NCBI GenBank assembly: GCA_046757525.1 | Contig: JBHHYI010000026.1 | Coordinates: forward strand, 1 to 35,120 | From: a bacterium | GTDB lineage: Bacteria; Zhuqueibacterota; Zhuqueibacteria; Oceanimicrobiales; Oceanimicrobiaceae | Direction of reading: 5' to 3' | DNA: 35,120 bases | Part shown: piece by piece, positions 14,407 through 24,696 of the stretch | Layout: the number at the start of each line of letters is the position of its first letter | Position numbering within the stretch: the stretch's first letter is position 1 | Program-made: the position numbers and the translations under genes | The notes under the pieces: generated by a model | What the model saw: only the letters and a program-made list of their open reading frames with translations | What the model was told of the DNA's origin: nothing | Database searches by the model: none

Positions 14407-17003
14407 CTCACTGTCTCCCCCTCAATAAATGACTCCGAGATAATTATTTGCGGCAGATTTTTCTCATCTACAAAGGATCGTGCCGCTTCGATTGATGCAT
14501 CCCATTCTTGTTGTTCCAATAGCGGATAAGGCTTAAGAATGCGCATCAGTTTTTGGTGCAAGATTGGGCGCTCAATGCGCTGCTCTTTGGCTTGTTTCAA
14601 GAGCTTATTAATTTCCCGTGGCAATTTCTGAAATCGGCCGATCTTGATGGCGTGCTTTGCGCTTGCCATGGTTTCCTTTTCCAGCCCATTTGGGAATTCC
14701 TGTTTCATCATGTCGTTGAGGAAAGCGATGGCACGCTGATCGTTGGGTCCAAGTTTAATGGCTGCACGCAGGCCGAGGGCTTGCAATTGCGTTTGAGTCT
14801 TGAATGAATTAACTGCAGCATTAATCTGATCATGATGCAATTTGTGTAAAGGGGCAGGGCGCTCGGACACATCCGCTTTGAAGATTTTCACAGCCTCTAT
14901 GAAGGTCAGTTCGTCAAAGCGCAGGTCATCATATAAGTAGTAAAAACAGTCACGCTTGTTGTCTTTGATATAAGCGATTGTGTGATGCTTGCGCGTCTTA
15001 TCTTTGCGCCCGCTTCGGGCCCGACGCGGCACGTGATCGCGGATATTCTTAAACCATTCTGGCTCGGTTTCTCGGAAATGACGCAAGAACATCAGGTATT
15101 CCAGTCTTTCATCCTTTTCTTCTTCCGGAATTTTTTCGAATAGCCCAAAAGTGCCGTACTCCTCATCCGTGCTGTAAATTTGGCTGTCTTCTCCGAGCGC
15201 AGAATGGAAGGATTGCAGCTTCATGAATGCTTTCTTATTGAGCTCGATCTCATTATCGGTCTCGACCGTTGGAAAGAAATTGTAGATGTAAATCGTGTCG
15301 GCCTGAGTACCGATGCGATTGACCAGTAGGAACTTCATAATCTTGGCAAGTTGCTCTGAAATGAGATCTGCCTGTTTGTAATGCTGCTTGAGATCGGCTT
15401 TGAGGAACTTCAGGGCCTGATAGCGATAGTACCCAAGGCCGTTTTGGGTATCTTTCAGTGTTGAGACCGTTTCGTCGTAAAGCTGGTTTAGATTTTCATC
15501 GAGCTGGTAGAGAACCTGGCGCGGTGGTGCAATGGCCGGAAAGGTCAGATTCTGGCTCCGGATGTCTTCGCCGTATTCAGGCGTCTGTATTATATCGGTT
15601 CGGGTTCGTCGAACAATGATCGGCTCGAGAATTTTGTTGCGAATTTCATCATAGATTTTTTTGACTTCGAGGATGATTTTGGCTTTGTCTTTCTCCTTTT
15701 TTAGTTTGCGATACTTGTCGATAAGTGGCCGGAAAAAGTGCTGTAGGTTCCCGACTTCCAATGTGGAACGTTTGGCGTCCTGAAAGAGATAAAGCTGATT
15801 TCGGATATCGTCTGGTCTGTTATTGAGTGGCGTTGCGGTAACCAGGATTACTTTTTTGATTTTGGAGCCATCTATACCAGGCCGCCTACGCGGTGTTTTG
15901 CAAAGCTTTTGTAGTTGATGAAACATAGCGGACTCATCACTGCGGAATTTGTGGGCTTCGTCAACGATCACGAGGTCGTAGTCTTCGGGGTGACGAATCT
16001 TGTGCAGACTGCCGTTGGTGATAAAGTCCACATTCGGCACTTCAAAATCACGAACGGTTTTGCACCAGATCCGTTCAAGCGCAGGGGGATGAACAACCAG
16101 GATTTTAGTGCGGTACCCGTTCGAAAAATAAAATTTCTTGGCAATGATGACCGCGACAATGGTTTTTCCAAGACCTACAACATCTGCAAGGATAAAGCCG
16201 TTGTGCTGCATGAGTTTGTTGTAGCCGTCGTTGACCGCATCGATCTGGTAAGCCAGCTTTCTGTAACCGGGCGGCAGATCAGTGATAGATTCCGGATCGT
16301 ACTCGATACTTTTGCCGAAATATTCTATGAGTAACTTTATGAAAATCTCAAACGGAGTGAATTCATCGTTTAGATAGGTTTCTCTTCTGACCTTCTGTAT
16401 CTCCTCAGGCAAAATCTCAACCGATTCTTCCCAGAGTTTGTTAAATGTATCAGTGGCGAACTTGATGTCGTCATAATCTCTGAGCTCGACATTGAATTCG
16501 AAATTCTTTTCAATCCCGGCCTCCGTGAGGTTGCTAGACCCCGTGATGACCGCACCATATCCGGCATGTTCGTGTTCCACCTTTTGTCGAAAAATGTAGA
16601 TTTTGGCATGAATGTTTTTTTGAGGATGCGCTCGAATTTCCATTTTCCCTGAAGCGACATCTTCGATAAACTGAATGATCCCCTCTTCGACTTCCTTATC
16701 GTAATCCGAATGCTGAATATCTTGCCTAATCGCTTGCTTAACCTTATCTATGGTGATTTCAGAACTGAGGTTGAATTCCAATCCTTTTCCAGCAGCGTCA
16801 CGAATAAGCTTGTCGACATTGATGCCGACGAGAATTCGAATCCAGGCGACGTTTTCAAGATACTTTCTGATTCTAAAATATCCAGAAGAGCGGAAGTATC
16901 CGACAAGGGCGTCGAAATAATAAACATCCGTGAACTGAAACACGCCGGCGAGTTTCTTCAGTAGTGTGTTATCTGCGTTGTTTGTAAAGAATTTTGTTGG
17001 CAT
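14394..17003 (-). CDS. PLD-nuclease + SNF2-type helicase associated with type IIG R-M; Helicase_C domain apparently deleted in frame
   Basis: PLD IHAKIYIF...ITGSSNLT; Walker A LADVVGLGKT; DEAH; LVTATP. No motif IV/V is visible and only the VNRIG half of motif VI remains. Confidence 0.85.
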   Translation of the reverse strand: MPTKFFTNNADNTLLKKLAGVFQFTDVYYFDALVGYFRSSGYFRIRKYLENVAWIRILVGINVDKLIRDAAGKGLEFNLSSEITIDKVKQAIRQDIQHSDYDKEVEEGIIQFIEDVASGKMEIRAHPQKNIHAKIYIFRQKVEHEHAGYGAVITGSSNLTEAGIEKNFEFNVELRDYDDIKFATDTFNKLWEESVEILPEEIQKVRRETYLNDEFTPFEIFIKLLIEYFGKSIEYDPESITDLPPGYRKLAYQIDAVNDGYNKLMQHNGFILADVVGLGKTIVAVIIAKKFYFSNGYRTKILVVHPPALERIWCKTVRDFEVPNVDFITNGSLHKIRHPEDYDLVIVDEAHKFRSDESAMFHQLQKLCKTPRRRPGIDGSKIKKVILVTATPLNNRPDDIRNQLYLFQDAKRSTLEVGNLQHFFRPLIDKYRKLKKEKDKAKIILEVKKIYDEIRNKILEPIIVRRTRTDIIQTPEYGEDIRSQNLTFPAIAPPRQVLYQLDENLNQLYDETVSTLKDTQNGLGYYRYQALKFLKADLKQHYKQADLISEQLAKIMKFLLVNRIGTQADTIYIYNFFPTVETDNEIELNKKAFMKLQSFHSALGEDSQIYSTDEEYGTFGLFEKIPEEEKDERLEYLMFLRHFRETEPEWFKNIRDHVPRRARSGRKDKTRKHHTIAYIKDNKRDCFYYLYDDLRFDELTFIEAVKIFKADVSERPAPLHKLHHDQINAAVNSFKTQTQLQALGLRAAIKLGPNDQRAIAFLNDMMKQEFPNGLEKETMASAKHAIKIGRFQKLPREINKLLKQAKEQRIERPILHQKLMRILKPYPLLEQQEWDASIEAARSFVDEKNLPQIIISESFIEGETVRTSP

Positions 17004-17315
17004 ATAGACTCAAAGGTCGGTTTCATCTTAAAGGATCTTTGTGATTTCACTTCGAAGCGAGTTGGCGTGTCAAAGCACAATCAAGATATCCCATAATAAC
17101 CATTTCTAACATTTCGAATGATGACCCGCTGCGCGATTGCAGCCCACCGTTTATTCGGTTCGTATCAAGTACTATTCGAATTGATCCTAATTTAAAAAAC
17201 TATGCCTAATAATGCAAACTGATTTACTGTTTGACCCAGTACGTCATTTCAGCATTGTTTTGCATAGGTTGCAAAAAATCTGCTCAACCGGCCTGATCCA
17301 AACGTCCTATTTTGA

Positions 17316-17343
17316 TTGACTTTTAATTGATTTTTTGTAAATT
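17316..17343 (+). promoter_or_regulatory. Putative sigma70 promoter for xdhAB
   Basis: TTGACT, 16-bp spacer, TAAATT. Confidence 0.35.
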
Positions 17344-17487
17344 GGTTTAACGACCCTGGCGCTGGTAGGCCAGGTTTGTGAATCACTGGCGATTCAACTT
17401 TTTGCATTTCACTGATGCAAGCGGTACTTTGTCAGTACGTCGCTTTGAAAACGCACAAAGTAGCACAAACTTAAGTTACATATTCCC

Positions 17488-18906
17488 ATGTCCTCACAAA
17501 TCCACTTCTTACTCAACGATTGCGAAATCTGCATGTCCGCGCACCCGGGCACTTTGGTTCTGGATTTTTTGCGCAAAAAAGAAAAGCTCATGGGCACCAA
17601 AGAAGGGTGTAAGGAAGGCGATTGTGGCGCCTGTACCGTGCTCGTTGGCGAGCTGACCCAGGGCAAAATGCACTACAAACCCGTGACTTCTTGTCTGATG
17701 CCGCTGGGCGAACTGCATGGCAAACATCTGGTGACCGTTGAGGGCCTGAACCTGACGCGGCTGACGCCAGTGCAGCAGGCCATCGTGGACCTGGGCGCCA
17801 CCCAATGCGGCTTCTGCACCCCGGGCATCGTGGTTTCAATGACCGGACTCCTGATGCAGGAAGGCGCCCACATTGACGAGGCGGGCATCAAGAAGGCGCT
17901 GAGCGGCCACCTGTGCCGGTGCACGGGTTATCGTTCGCTGAAACAAACTCAGGAGGATATCAGGGAAACGATTGGCCAACACACCGGAATCGAAGCCCTA
18001 ATTGAACACCAATGGTTGCCTGATTACTTCCGCAAGATTCCTGCGTGCCTGCGCAAAATTGCCGGGCCAGGCGCAGCAAACGGCAAGACGATGCCGGATT
18101 TTTTCATCGCGGGTGGTACCGACCTCTACGTGCAAAAGGGCGAACTTCTGCCTGAGTCGCGGGTTCAGGTGCTGAATCTCCTCCCAGAAATGAAGGGAGT
18201 CGCGGCGAAAAATGGCGGTCTGCGTGTGGGAGCCTTGACCACGTTTGAAGAGTTTGCGGAGCATCCAGCCGTGGTCCAGATAATCCCCAATATCCAAGAA
18301 TATATGCACCTGATCGCTTCCTGGCAGATTCGCAATCGCGCCACGCTGGGCGGCAACATCATCAACGCCTCCCCCATCGGCGACCTGACCATCCTCCTCC
18401 TGGCGCTGGAATCTCAATTGGTGTTGCAAGAAGGGAAGGAGCGTCGCACGGTACCCTTGACAGCCTTCTACCGGGGTTACAAGCAACTGGAAAAAAGGCC
18501 AGAGGAAATCCTGACCGAGATCTTAATCCCGAAGCCGCAGCCCAATATCAGGATTCATTTTGAAAAAGTGTCCAAGCGCAAATGCCTGGACATCGCTTCG
18601 GTAAACAGCGCGATTAGAGTGCGTTGTGAGGCGGAGATTATTCGTGAAGTGGGCCTGGCCGTCGGGGGTGTTGCTCCGGTGCCACTATTCTTAAAAAGGA
18701 CTTGTCAATTTTTGCTCGGAAAACCGGTTTCAAAAACCACCATTCAGGCTGCCTTTGCGGTGGCACAACGGGAAATTGCTCCGATCAACGATATTCGTGG
18801 CAGCGCGGCGTATAAGCGTTTGTTGACGCGCCAATTGCTGATCGGCCATTTTGCCAGGCTATTCCCTGAACTGGTAAAGGTGAGGGAGTTCTATGAAACA
18901 CATTGA
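17488..18906 (+). CDS. xdhA: Xanthine dehydrogenase small subunit (2x[2Fe-2S] + FAD)
   Basis: GTKEGCKEGDCGACTV, QCGFCTPG, HLCRCTGY, IAGGTDL, QIRNRATLGGNI. Confidence 0.93.
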   Translation: MSSQIHFLLNDCEICMSAHPGTLVLDFLRKKEKLMGTKEGCKEGDCGACTVLVGELTQGKMHYKPVTSCLMPLGELHGKHLVTVEGLNLTRLTPVQQAIVDLGATQCGFCTPGIVVSMTGLLMQEGAHIDEAGIKKALSGHLCRCTGYRSLKQTQEDIRETIGQHTGIEALIEHQWLPDYFRKIPACLRKIAGPGAANGKTMPDFFIAGGTDLYVQKGELLPESRVQVLNLLPEMKGVAAKNGGLRVGALTTFEEFAEHPAVVQIIPNIQEYMHLIASWQIRNRATLGGNIINASPIGDLTILLLALESQLVLQEGKERRTVPLTAFYRGYKQLEKRPEEILTEILIPKPQPNIRIHFEKVSKRKCLDIASVNSAIRVRCEAEIIREVGLAVGGVAPVPLFLKRTCQFLLGKPVSKTTIQAAFAVAQREIAPINDIRGSAAYKRLLTRQLLIGHFARLFPELVKVREFYETH

Positions 18907-21238
18907 TGCAGCCGCTCATGTGCGGGGCGAGTCTGAATATGTAGACGACACGCCCCAACCTGTGGGGATGTTATTTGCGGCGGTATTTTCTTCGCCGGTG
19001 GCGCACGGCAAAATCCGCGCGCTGCACACGCAGGAAGCCCACGCCCTCAAAGGCGTAGCCGCTGTGTTGACGGCCGTGGACATTCCTGGCAGCAACCAGA
19101 TCGGTCCTATCATTCAAGATGAACAACTACTGGCCAGCGACGAGGTCCATTTTGTGGGACAGCCGGTCGCCGTGGTGGTGGCGGAAACCCCGGAAATTGC
19201 CCAAAAGGGTGCCCGAACCATTACGGCCGACATCGAAGAGCTTCCTGCGATCACGGACCCACGCCAGGCGTACCAGCAAGGCGAAATCATCGGCACACCG
19301 CGCACCTTCGTCCTGGGCGACGTGGACAGCGCCTGGGCGAGCTGTGATCTCGTATTAGAAGGTAGCTGCGACATCGGGGGCCAGGAGCATGTCTACTTAG
19401 AAACCCAACGCGCCCGCGTCGTTCCTTTGGAGGGCGGCGTCCTCCGGGTGCATTCTTCTACCCAGAGTCCCTATGCCACCCAACGCGGCGTGGCGAAAAT
19501 CTTAGGCGTGCCATTCCATCGCGTGGAAGTGGACGTCAAACGGTTGGGCGGCGGTTTTGGCGGCAAAGAGGATCAGGCTACGCCCTGGGCCTGCATGGCG
19601 GCGCTGGCGGCCTGGCACACCAACAAGCCCGTGGAGTTGGTGCTCAACCGGGCGGACGATCTCAAGATGACCGGCAAGCGCCACCCGTACAAGTCCGACT
19701 TCAAAATTGGCGTCACCAAAGAAGGGCAAATTTTGGCGTATGAGGCCAGGCATTTTCAAAACTCCGGAGCCGCGGCGGATTTGTCCACCGCCATTTTAGA
19801 ACGAACGCTCTTTCACAGCACCAACAGCTATTTCGTGCCCAACGTACGCGTGTTTGCCGTCTGTTGCCGTACCAATCTGCCGCCCAACACGGCCTTTCGC
19901 GGATTCGGCGGTCCGCAGGGCATGTTTGTCATAGAAAGCGCCATCGCCAAAGTTTCAGAAGCATTGAACCTGCCGCGGGAAGAGATTCAACGCAAGAACT
20001 TGCTCCAAGAAAACGACCTTTTCCCGTACGGTCAACGGGTGCGGGACGGGCGGGCGCAACGCACCTGGGAAGAGGCCGCAAACACCTTCGGTCTGAGCGA
20101 AATTCGTCAAAAAGTGACCCGGTTTAACGAAGCCCATTTTGAGGTGAAAAAAGGCTTCGCCGTCATGCCCATTTGTTTCGGCATCTCGTTTACTTCCACG
20201 TTCATGAACCAGGCCAGTGCGCTGGTGCACGTTTACACCGATGGCAGTGTCAGTGTGAGCACCGGCGGTGTGGAAATGGGACAGGGGCTGAGCACCAACA
20301 TCGTGAGCATCGCGGCCTCGGCTTTTGGCATTAAACCCGAACGCATCAAGCTTGAAAGCACCAATACCACCCGGGTGGCCAATATGTCGCCCAGTGCTGC
20401 CAGCGCCACAACCTTGCTAAACGGCAACGCCACCTTGTTGGCGGTAGGCCAGATCCTGGAGCGTTTGAAAAAGCTGGCAGCAAAAGAACTCAGTCTTGCC
20501 AATCCGGCCAAAATTGCGGTCGTGGATGAGAGGGTGCTTTACGACGGTCACGACACCGCCTGGACCTGGCAGCAATTGGTGCAGACCGCGTATTTGTCCA
20601 GGGTGGGTCTTTCTGCGCACGCGTTTTTCGCGACGCCGGAAATCCATTTCGACAAAGCAAAGGAAAAAGGTCGGCCGTTTGGCTATCATGTCTACGGCAC
20701 GGCCATCATCGAGGTGACTCTGGATTGTCTGCGTGGCACATACGATATCGACGCCGTCAAAATCGTACACGATCTCGGAAAACCCATCAACGAGCTGGTG
20801 GACCTGGGCCAAATCGAGGGCGGTCTGGCCCAGGGGTTGGGCTGGATGACCCTGGAAGACCTGCGCTACGATGAAAAGGGACGACTGCTTTCCGGGGCGC
20901 TGTCTACTTACAAAGTGCCGGAGACCTATTTTATGCCGGACGACATTCAGGTAAAACTGCTGGAAGACGCCGACAACCCGCTGGGGCCGTTCGGGTCCAA
21001 AGCAGTGGGCGAACCGCCGCTCATGTACGGCATCGGAGTGTTCTTCGCCATTCGCCAGGCCATGCACGCGTTTCGACCGCAGGCCCAATTTGCGTTTCAT
21101 TCACCGCTCACCCCGGAAAGAGTACTGATGCAACTACATGCGGAGATCGTCGAGGACTTGACCAATGGCAAGTACAGCCAGGCGAAAACAAGAAGCAAGA
21201 AAAAGCTGCGTACCCTGAGGAAATCGGAAAAGGTTTGA
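18893..21238 (+). CDS. xdhB: Xanthine dehydrogenase molybdopterin-binding subunit
   Basis: GGGFGGKE, TAFRGFGGPQG, GGVEMGQG, SKAVGEPP (catalytic Glu). It overlaps the xdhA stop. Confidence 0.93.
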   Translation: MKHIDAAAHVRGESEYVDDTPQPVGMLFAAVFSSPVAHGKIRALHTQEAHALKGVAAVLTAVDIPGSNQIGPIIQDEQLLASDEVHFVGQPVAVVVAETPEIAQKGARTITADIEELPAITDPRQAYQQGEIIGTPRTFVLGDVDSAWASCDLVLEGSCDIGGQEHVYLETQRARVVPLEGGVLRVHSSTQSPYATQRGVAKILGVPFHRVEVDVKRLGGGFGGKEDQATPWACMAALAAWHTNKPVELVLNRADDLKMTGKRHPYKSDFKIGVTKEGQILAYEARHFQNSGAAADLSTAILERTLFHSTNSYFVPNVRVFAVCCRTNLPPNTAFRGFGGPQGMFVIESAIAKVSEALNLPREEIQRKNLLQENDLFPYGQRVRDGRAQRTWEEAANTFGLSEIRQKVTRFNEAHFEVKKGFAVMPICFGISFTSTFMNQASALVHVYTDGSVSVSTGGVEMGQGLSTNIVSIAASAFGIKPERIKLESTNTTRVANMSPSAASATTLLNGNATLLAVGQILERLKKLAAKELSLANPAKIAVVDERVLYDGHDTAWTWQQLVQTAYLSRVGLSAHAFFATPEIHFDKAKEKGRPFGYHVYGTAIIEVTLDCLRGTYDIDAVKIVHDLGKPINELVDLGQIEGGLAQGLGWMTLEDLRYDEKGRLLSGALSTYKVPETYFMPDDIQVKLLEDADNPLGPFGSKAVGEPPLMYGIGVFFAIRQAMHAFRPQAQFAFHSPLTPERVLMQLHAEIVEDLTNGKYSQAKTRSKKKLRTLRKSEKV

Positions 21239-21245
21239 ACGCCGG

Positions 21246-21278
21246 AACCTTGTCAGGGTTCCAAACCCTGACAAGGTT
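21246..21278. repeat. 33-bp REP-like palindrome directly after xdhB
   Basis: AACCTTGTCAGGGTT-CCA-AACCCTGACAAGGTT. Confidence 0.75.
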
Positions 21279-21360
21279 GAGCAACTGGGTTGAGCAACGC
21301 AACAGGTTCGAAACTTTCTGCCAAATCCGTAAGAGACTTAAACCCAATGCACCCTATCAA

Positions 21361-22344
21361 ATGCAAGTACTGATAGTAAATCAAGAGCAAGTCCGACAGT
21401 GGCTTCCCATGCACGAGTGCATCGAGGTCATGGCGGAGGTGCTGGAGATGCTGGCGCGCGGCCAGGCCACGAACCCGCTTCGGCAAATGCTGTGGCTGCC
21501 GGACCAAACGGGCCTGCTGGGAATGATGCCGGCGTATCTGGACGATGCTGAAGTGATGGGTTTGAAAGCCATCAGTGTTTTTCCCGGAAATCAAGAAACC
21601 GAATATGACTCGCACCAGGGGGCGGTGCTGCTTTTTGAAGCCCGGCATGGCCGCCTTCTGGCCATTCTGGAGGCCAGCGAAATCACTGCCATCCGTACGG
21701 CAGCAGTCAGCGGCGTGGCCACGCGATTGCTGGCCCGAGAGGAAGCCGACGATCTGACCATTCTCGGTTCTGGCGTGCAGGCTGCAACACACCTGGAGGC
21801 CATGCGGTGTGTCCGCAAAATCCATCGAATAAGAGTTTGGAGCCGCAATTTTGCGCACGCGCAACAGTTTGCCGTGCGGGAATCAGCCCGCTTGCACATT
21901 GAAGTGGAACCGATGAAGACCGCAGAAGAAGCGGTGGCCGACGCAACGATTATTTGCACGACGACCTCGGCTTCCGACCCGATTCTGAAGGGGGATTGGC
22001 TCACCCCGGGCACCCACCTCAACGCGGTTGGTGCCTGTGTTCCCTTCATGCGAGAGCTGGATACGGCGGCGGTGGCCAGGTCGCGGCTGTTTGTAGACCG
22101 GCGTGAATCTGCCTTGAAGGAGGCCGGGGATTTCCTCATCCCCCAAAAAGAAGGCGTCCTGGATACCGATCACATTCAAGGTGAAATTGGCCAAGTCTTA
22201 CACCATCAGGTTAAAGGCCGTGAAACCGCAGAAGATATTACGCTATTCAAATCGTTGGGCCTTGCGGTCCAAGATGTTGCCTCCGCGCACCATATCTACA
22301 AAAAGATGGTGGCAAAGAAGCAAGGAAAGTGGGTCGATTTTTGA
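21361..22344 (+). CDS. Ornithine cyclodeaminase/mu-crystallin family protein
   Basis: MMPAYL, ITAIRTAAVS, ILGSGVQA, HLNAVGA, LFKSLGLAVQD. The family pattern begins at ATG 21361. Confidence 0.9.
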   Translation: MQVLIVNQEQVRQWLPMHECIEVMAEVLEMLARGQATNPLRQMLWLPDQTGLLGMMPAYLDDAEVMGLKAISVFPGNQETEYDSHQGAVLLFEARHGRLLAILEASEITAIRTAAVSGVATRLLAREEADDLTILGSGVQAATHLEAMRCVRKIHRIRVWSRNFAHAQQFAVRESARLHIEVEPMKTAEEAVADATIICTTTSASDPILKGDWLTPGTHLNAVGACVPFMRELDTAAVARSRLFVDRRESALKEAGDFLIPQKEGVLDTDHIQGEIGQVLHHQVKGRETAEDITLFKSLGLAVQDVASAHHIYKKMVAKKQGKWVDF

Positions 22345-22504
22345 AATTTTTTTCTTGGAGTCTACGGGGGTGCATTTTAACAGGAAAACGCCGGAGCAAT
22401 TGAGGTAAAGAGTTGTGTTAATCAATCAATTTGCTTAATTTGATAAGTTTGCAACCATTATGGAATAGCCGGCTGATACCCACAAGTGGGGTTCATCTTG
22501 CAGA

Positions 22505-22555
22505 GCAAGAGATATGTCAACTTCTGAACGGAGATATTATGAGCAAAAAAAATAA
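22505..22555 (+). pseudogene. BrnT-like toxin C-terminal remnant
   Basis: Reads ARDMSTSERRYYEQKK-stop and overlaps the antitoxin ATG. This matches the (IS)ARDM-x-x-x-ER-x-x-Y ending of BrnT toxins. Confidence 0.7.
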
Positions 22556-22805
22556 GCGAGTCGAAGCAATTCCGAAGGAGTTTTCCAGTTACGAAGAAGC
22601 GGCTGATTTCTGGCACGATACAACGGACTATCTGGACTCGTTTCAAGACGTAAAAGTGCAGGCTCAGTTTCAAAAACGACATTATGAAGTTGAAGTAGAC
22701 GAGGACTTGATGAAGGCACTTCGGAAACAGGCGCAAAAACTTGGGGTACCCATCAGCCAACTTACGAACGATTTGTTACGTCGACAAATCTCAACTGCAT
22801 CATAA
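22539..22805 (+). CDS. CopG-family (BrnA-like) antitoxin (orphan)
   Basis: IPKEFSSYEEAADFWHDTTDY followed by the RHH region LRKQAQKLGVPISQLTNDLLR. Confidence 0.8.
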   Translation: MSKKNKRVEAIPKEFSSYEEAADFWHDTTDYLDSFQDVKVQAQFQKRHYEVEVDEDLMKALRKQAQKLGVPISQLTNDLLRRQISTAS

Positions 22806-22902
22806 TTCGCAATATATCTACCATTAATAATTCCCAGCAAGCGAGGGCATCATCCTTCACCCCGACTTGACGCCGGTATTTTCTTAACCTTGTTGTTTGC
22901 AC

Positions 22903-24255
22903 ATGAATCTCTTGATCCACAACATCCTCACCGTTACCAACGATGACCGCCACCGGATCTTGTCGGGTCATGCCGTGGCCGTGGAACAGGCCCGCATCAA
23001 GGAACTGGGAGAGGAACCGGAGCTTAAGAAGAAATACGGTCACTTCCAGCAAATCGATGGCGGCGGCCGCTTGCTCATGCCGGGCCTGATCAACGCCCAC
23101 ATGCACTTTTACAGCACCTTTGCCCGTGGACTGGTGTTGCGCCGTCAGCCGAAGAATTTTGCCGAGATTCTGTCCGGGCTGTGGTGGAGGCTGGACACTG
23201 CTCTCGACGCGGAAGCGGTCTATTACAGCGCTCTGGTGCCGGCCATTGCGGCGGTCAAGCAAGGCGTTACCGCGGTCATCGACCACCACGCCAGTGCCAA
23301 CGCGGTAGCTAACAGTCTGGATCGCATTGAAGCGGCTCTCGAGCTCATTGGTCTGCGCGGAGTGCTGTGTTACGAAGTCTCGGATCGCGACGGCCCGGAA
23401 ATTCGCCGGCACGGTCTGGAGGAAAACGCCCGCTATATCGAAAAATGTCAAAAGGCCAAAGAGGCTAACCCGGACCACCTATTTGACGGCATGGTGGGAC
23501 TGCACGCCTCTTTTACCTTAGATGACGAAAGCCTGACACAGGCTGCACAAATGAGCCATTCTTTGAAGCGGGGCTGCCACATTCACTTGTTGGAGGACGG
23601 CGTGGACCGGGTCAAGACGAAGGAGGAATACGGTCGGGAGGTGGTCGACCGTCTGCTTGCGTTCGGCATTTTGGGCGAAAAATCCATTGCCGCCCACGCC
23701 ATTCATGTCACAGCGGAGGAAATCGACTTGCTGGCGCAGAGCGATACCATGGTGGTGCACAATCCCTGTTCCAACATGAACAACGCCGTGGGGCGGACAG
23801 ACATCTTCACGCTGCTGGAAAAAGGCCTCCTGGTAGGCCTGGGCACTGACGGTATGTCCCCGGACCTCAAGCCCGATATTCGCGCAGGCTATTTGTTGCA
23901 CAAGCACCATTTGCAAAATCCCAACCTCGGTTGGAACGAATTTCAACAAATGGTCTTAAACAACAATGCGGCGATTTTTCACCGCGTTTCGGGACAAAAG
24001 GTCGGGAAGATCGCACAAGGCTACCTTGCGGACTTGATCTTAGTCGACTATTTCCCGCCTACGCCGTTGACGGCGGAAAACTTCTGGGGGCACTTCCTGT
24101 TCGGCATTGCCGACGCCGTGGTCGACACGACGATTGTCAATGGCCAGATTGTGATGCGGGGCAAGCTATTAACGAATATTGACGAAGGAGAAATTGCTGC
24201 ACAATCGCGGGCGTGCGCAGAACGGGTGTGGCAACGATTTTTGTCGATGAGATGA
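22903..24255 (+). CDS. ssnA: SsnA-like metal-dependent amidohydrolase
   Basis: MPGLINAHMHFYSTFARG, LWWRLD, IDHHAS, GLHASFTL, HNPCSNMNNAVG, LGTDG. Confidence 0.9.
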   Translation: MNLLIHNILTVTNDDRHRILSGHAVAVEQARIKELGEEPELKKKYGHFQQIDGGGRLLMPGLINAHMHFYSTFARGLVLRRQPKNFAEILSGLWWRLDTALDAEAVYYSALVPAIAAVKQGVTAVIDHHASANAVANSLDRIEAALELIGLRGVLCYEVSDRDGPEIRRHGLEENARYIEKCQKAKEANPDHLFDGMVGLHASFTLDDESLTQAAQMSHSLKRGCHIHLLEDGVDRVKTKEEYGREVVDRLLAFGILGEKSIAAHAIHVTAEEIDLLAQSDTMVVHNPCSNMNNAVGRTDIFTLLEKGLLVGLGTDGMSPDLKPDIRAGYLLHKHHLQNPNLGWNEFQQMVLNNNAAIFHRVSGQKVGKIAQGYLADLILVDYFPPTPLTAENFWGHFLFGIADAVVDTTIVNGQIVMRGKLLTNIDEGEIAAQSRACAERVWQRFLSMR

Positions 24256-24436
24256 TTCTTGGGTTCGATCGCTATTAATTCTACATTCATCCAACAGAGA
24301 CAAAGTGAAGATGTTGTTTTTGCGACAAAACCTTTGTACCTTGATCACACTTGAGGCGAAGTTAACCCTGAAATATGGATTAGTAGTTTTACTCAAGGAT
24401 ATTCTTGAAAAAAATTTAAAAAAGGCGGCATGAAAT

Positions 24437-24640
24437 ATGAAGCTCAAAGTCATTGTGCACAAGACCGAAGAGGGCGGCTACTGGGCGGAAATACCGGCTA
24501 TTCCGGGTTGTGCAACGCAGGGTGAAACTTTCGAGCAACTTATGAGCAATATCTATGAAGCTGTTGAGGCATGCTTATCTGTTGATGTTCAAGACGTCGA
24601 AATTAGCGACAAAGACGAAGTCCTGGAGATTACGGTGTGA
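24437..24640 (+). CDS. hicB: HicB-family antitoxin
   Basis: [24 protein letters not shown]...NIYEAVE. Confidence 0.9.
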   Translation: MKLKVIVHKTEEGGYWAEIPAIPGCATQGETFEQLMSNIYEAVEACLSVDVQDVEISDKDEVLEITV

Positions 24641-24696
24641 AAAGTATTTCAGGTAAGCAGTTCTCCCCGCTCAACACAGGATTTCCACATGGCTGA
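24637..24696 (+). pseudogene. HicA toxin N-terminal remnant
   Basis: GTGA start/stop overlap with hicB. It reads MKSISGKQF, a typical HicA start, then runs into unrelated sequence and stops after 19 codons. Confidence 0.65.

Noticed and set aside
14394..17003. DISARM or BREX system
   Set aside because: No drmA/drmB or brx/pglZ genes are present. The PLD-SNF2 plus IIG pair alone fits a helicase-associated R-M locus.
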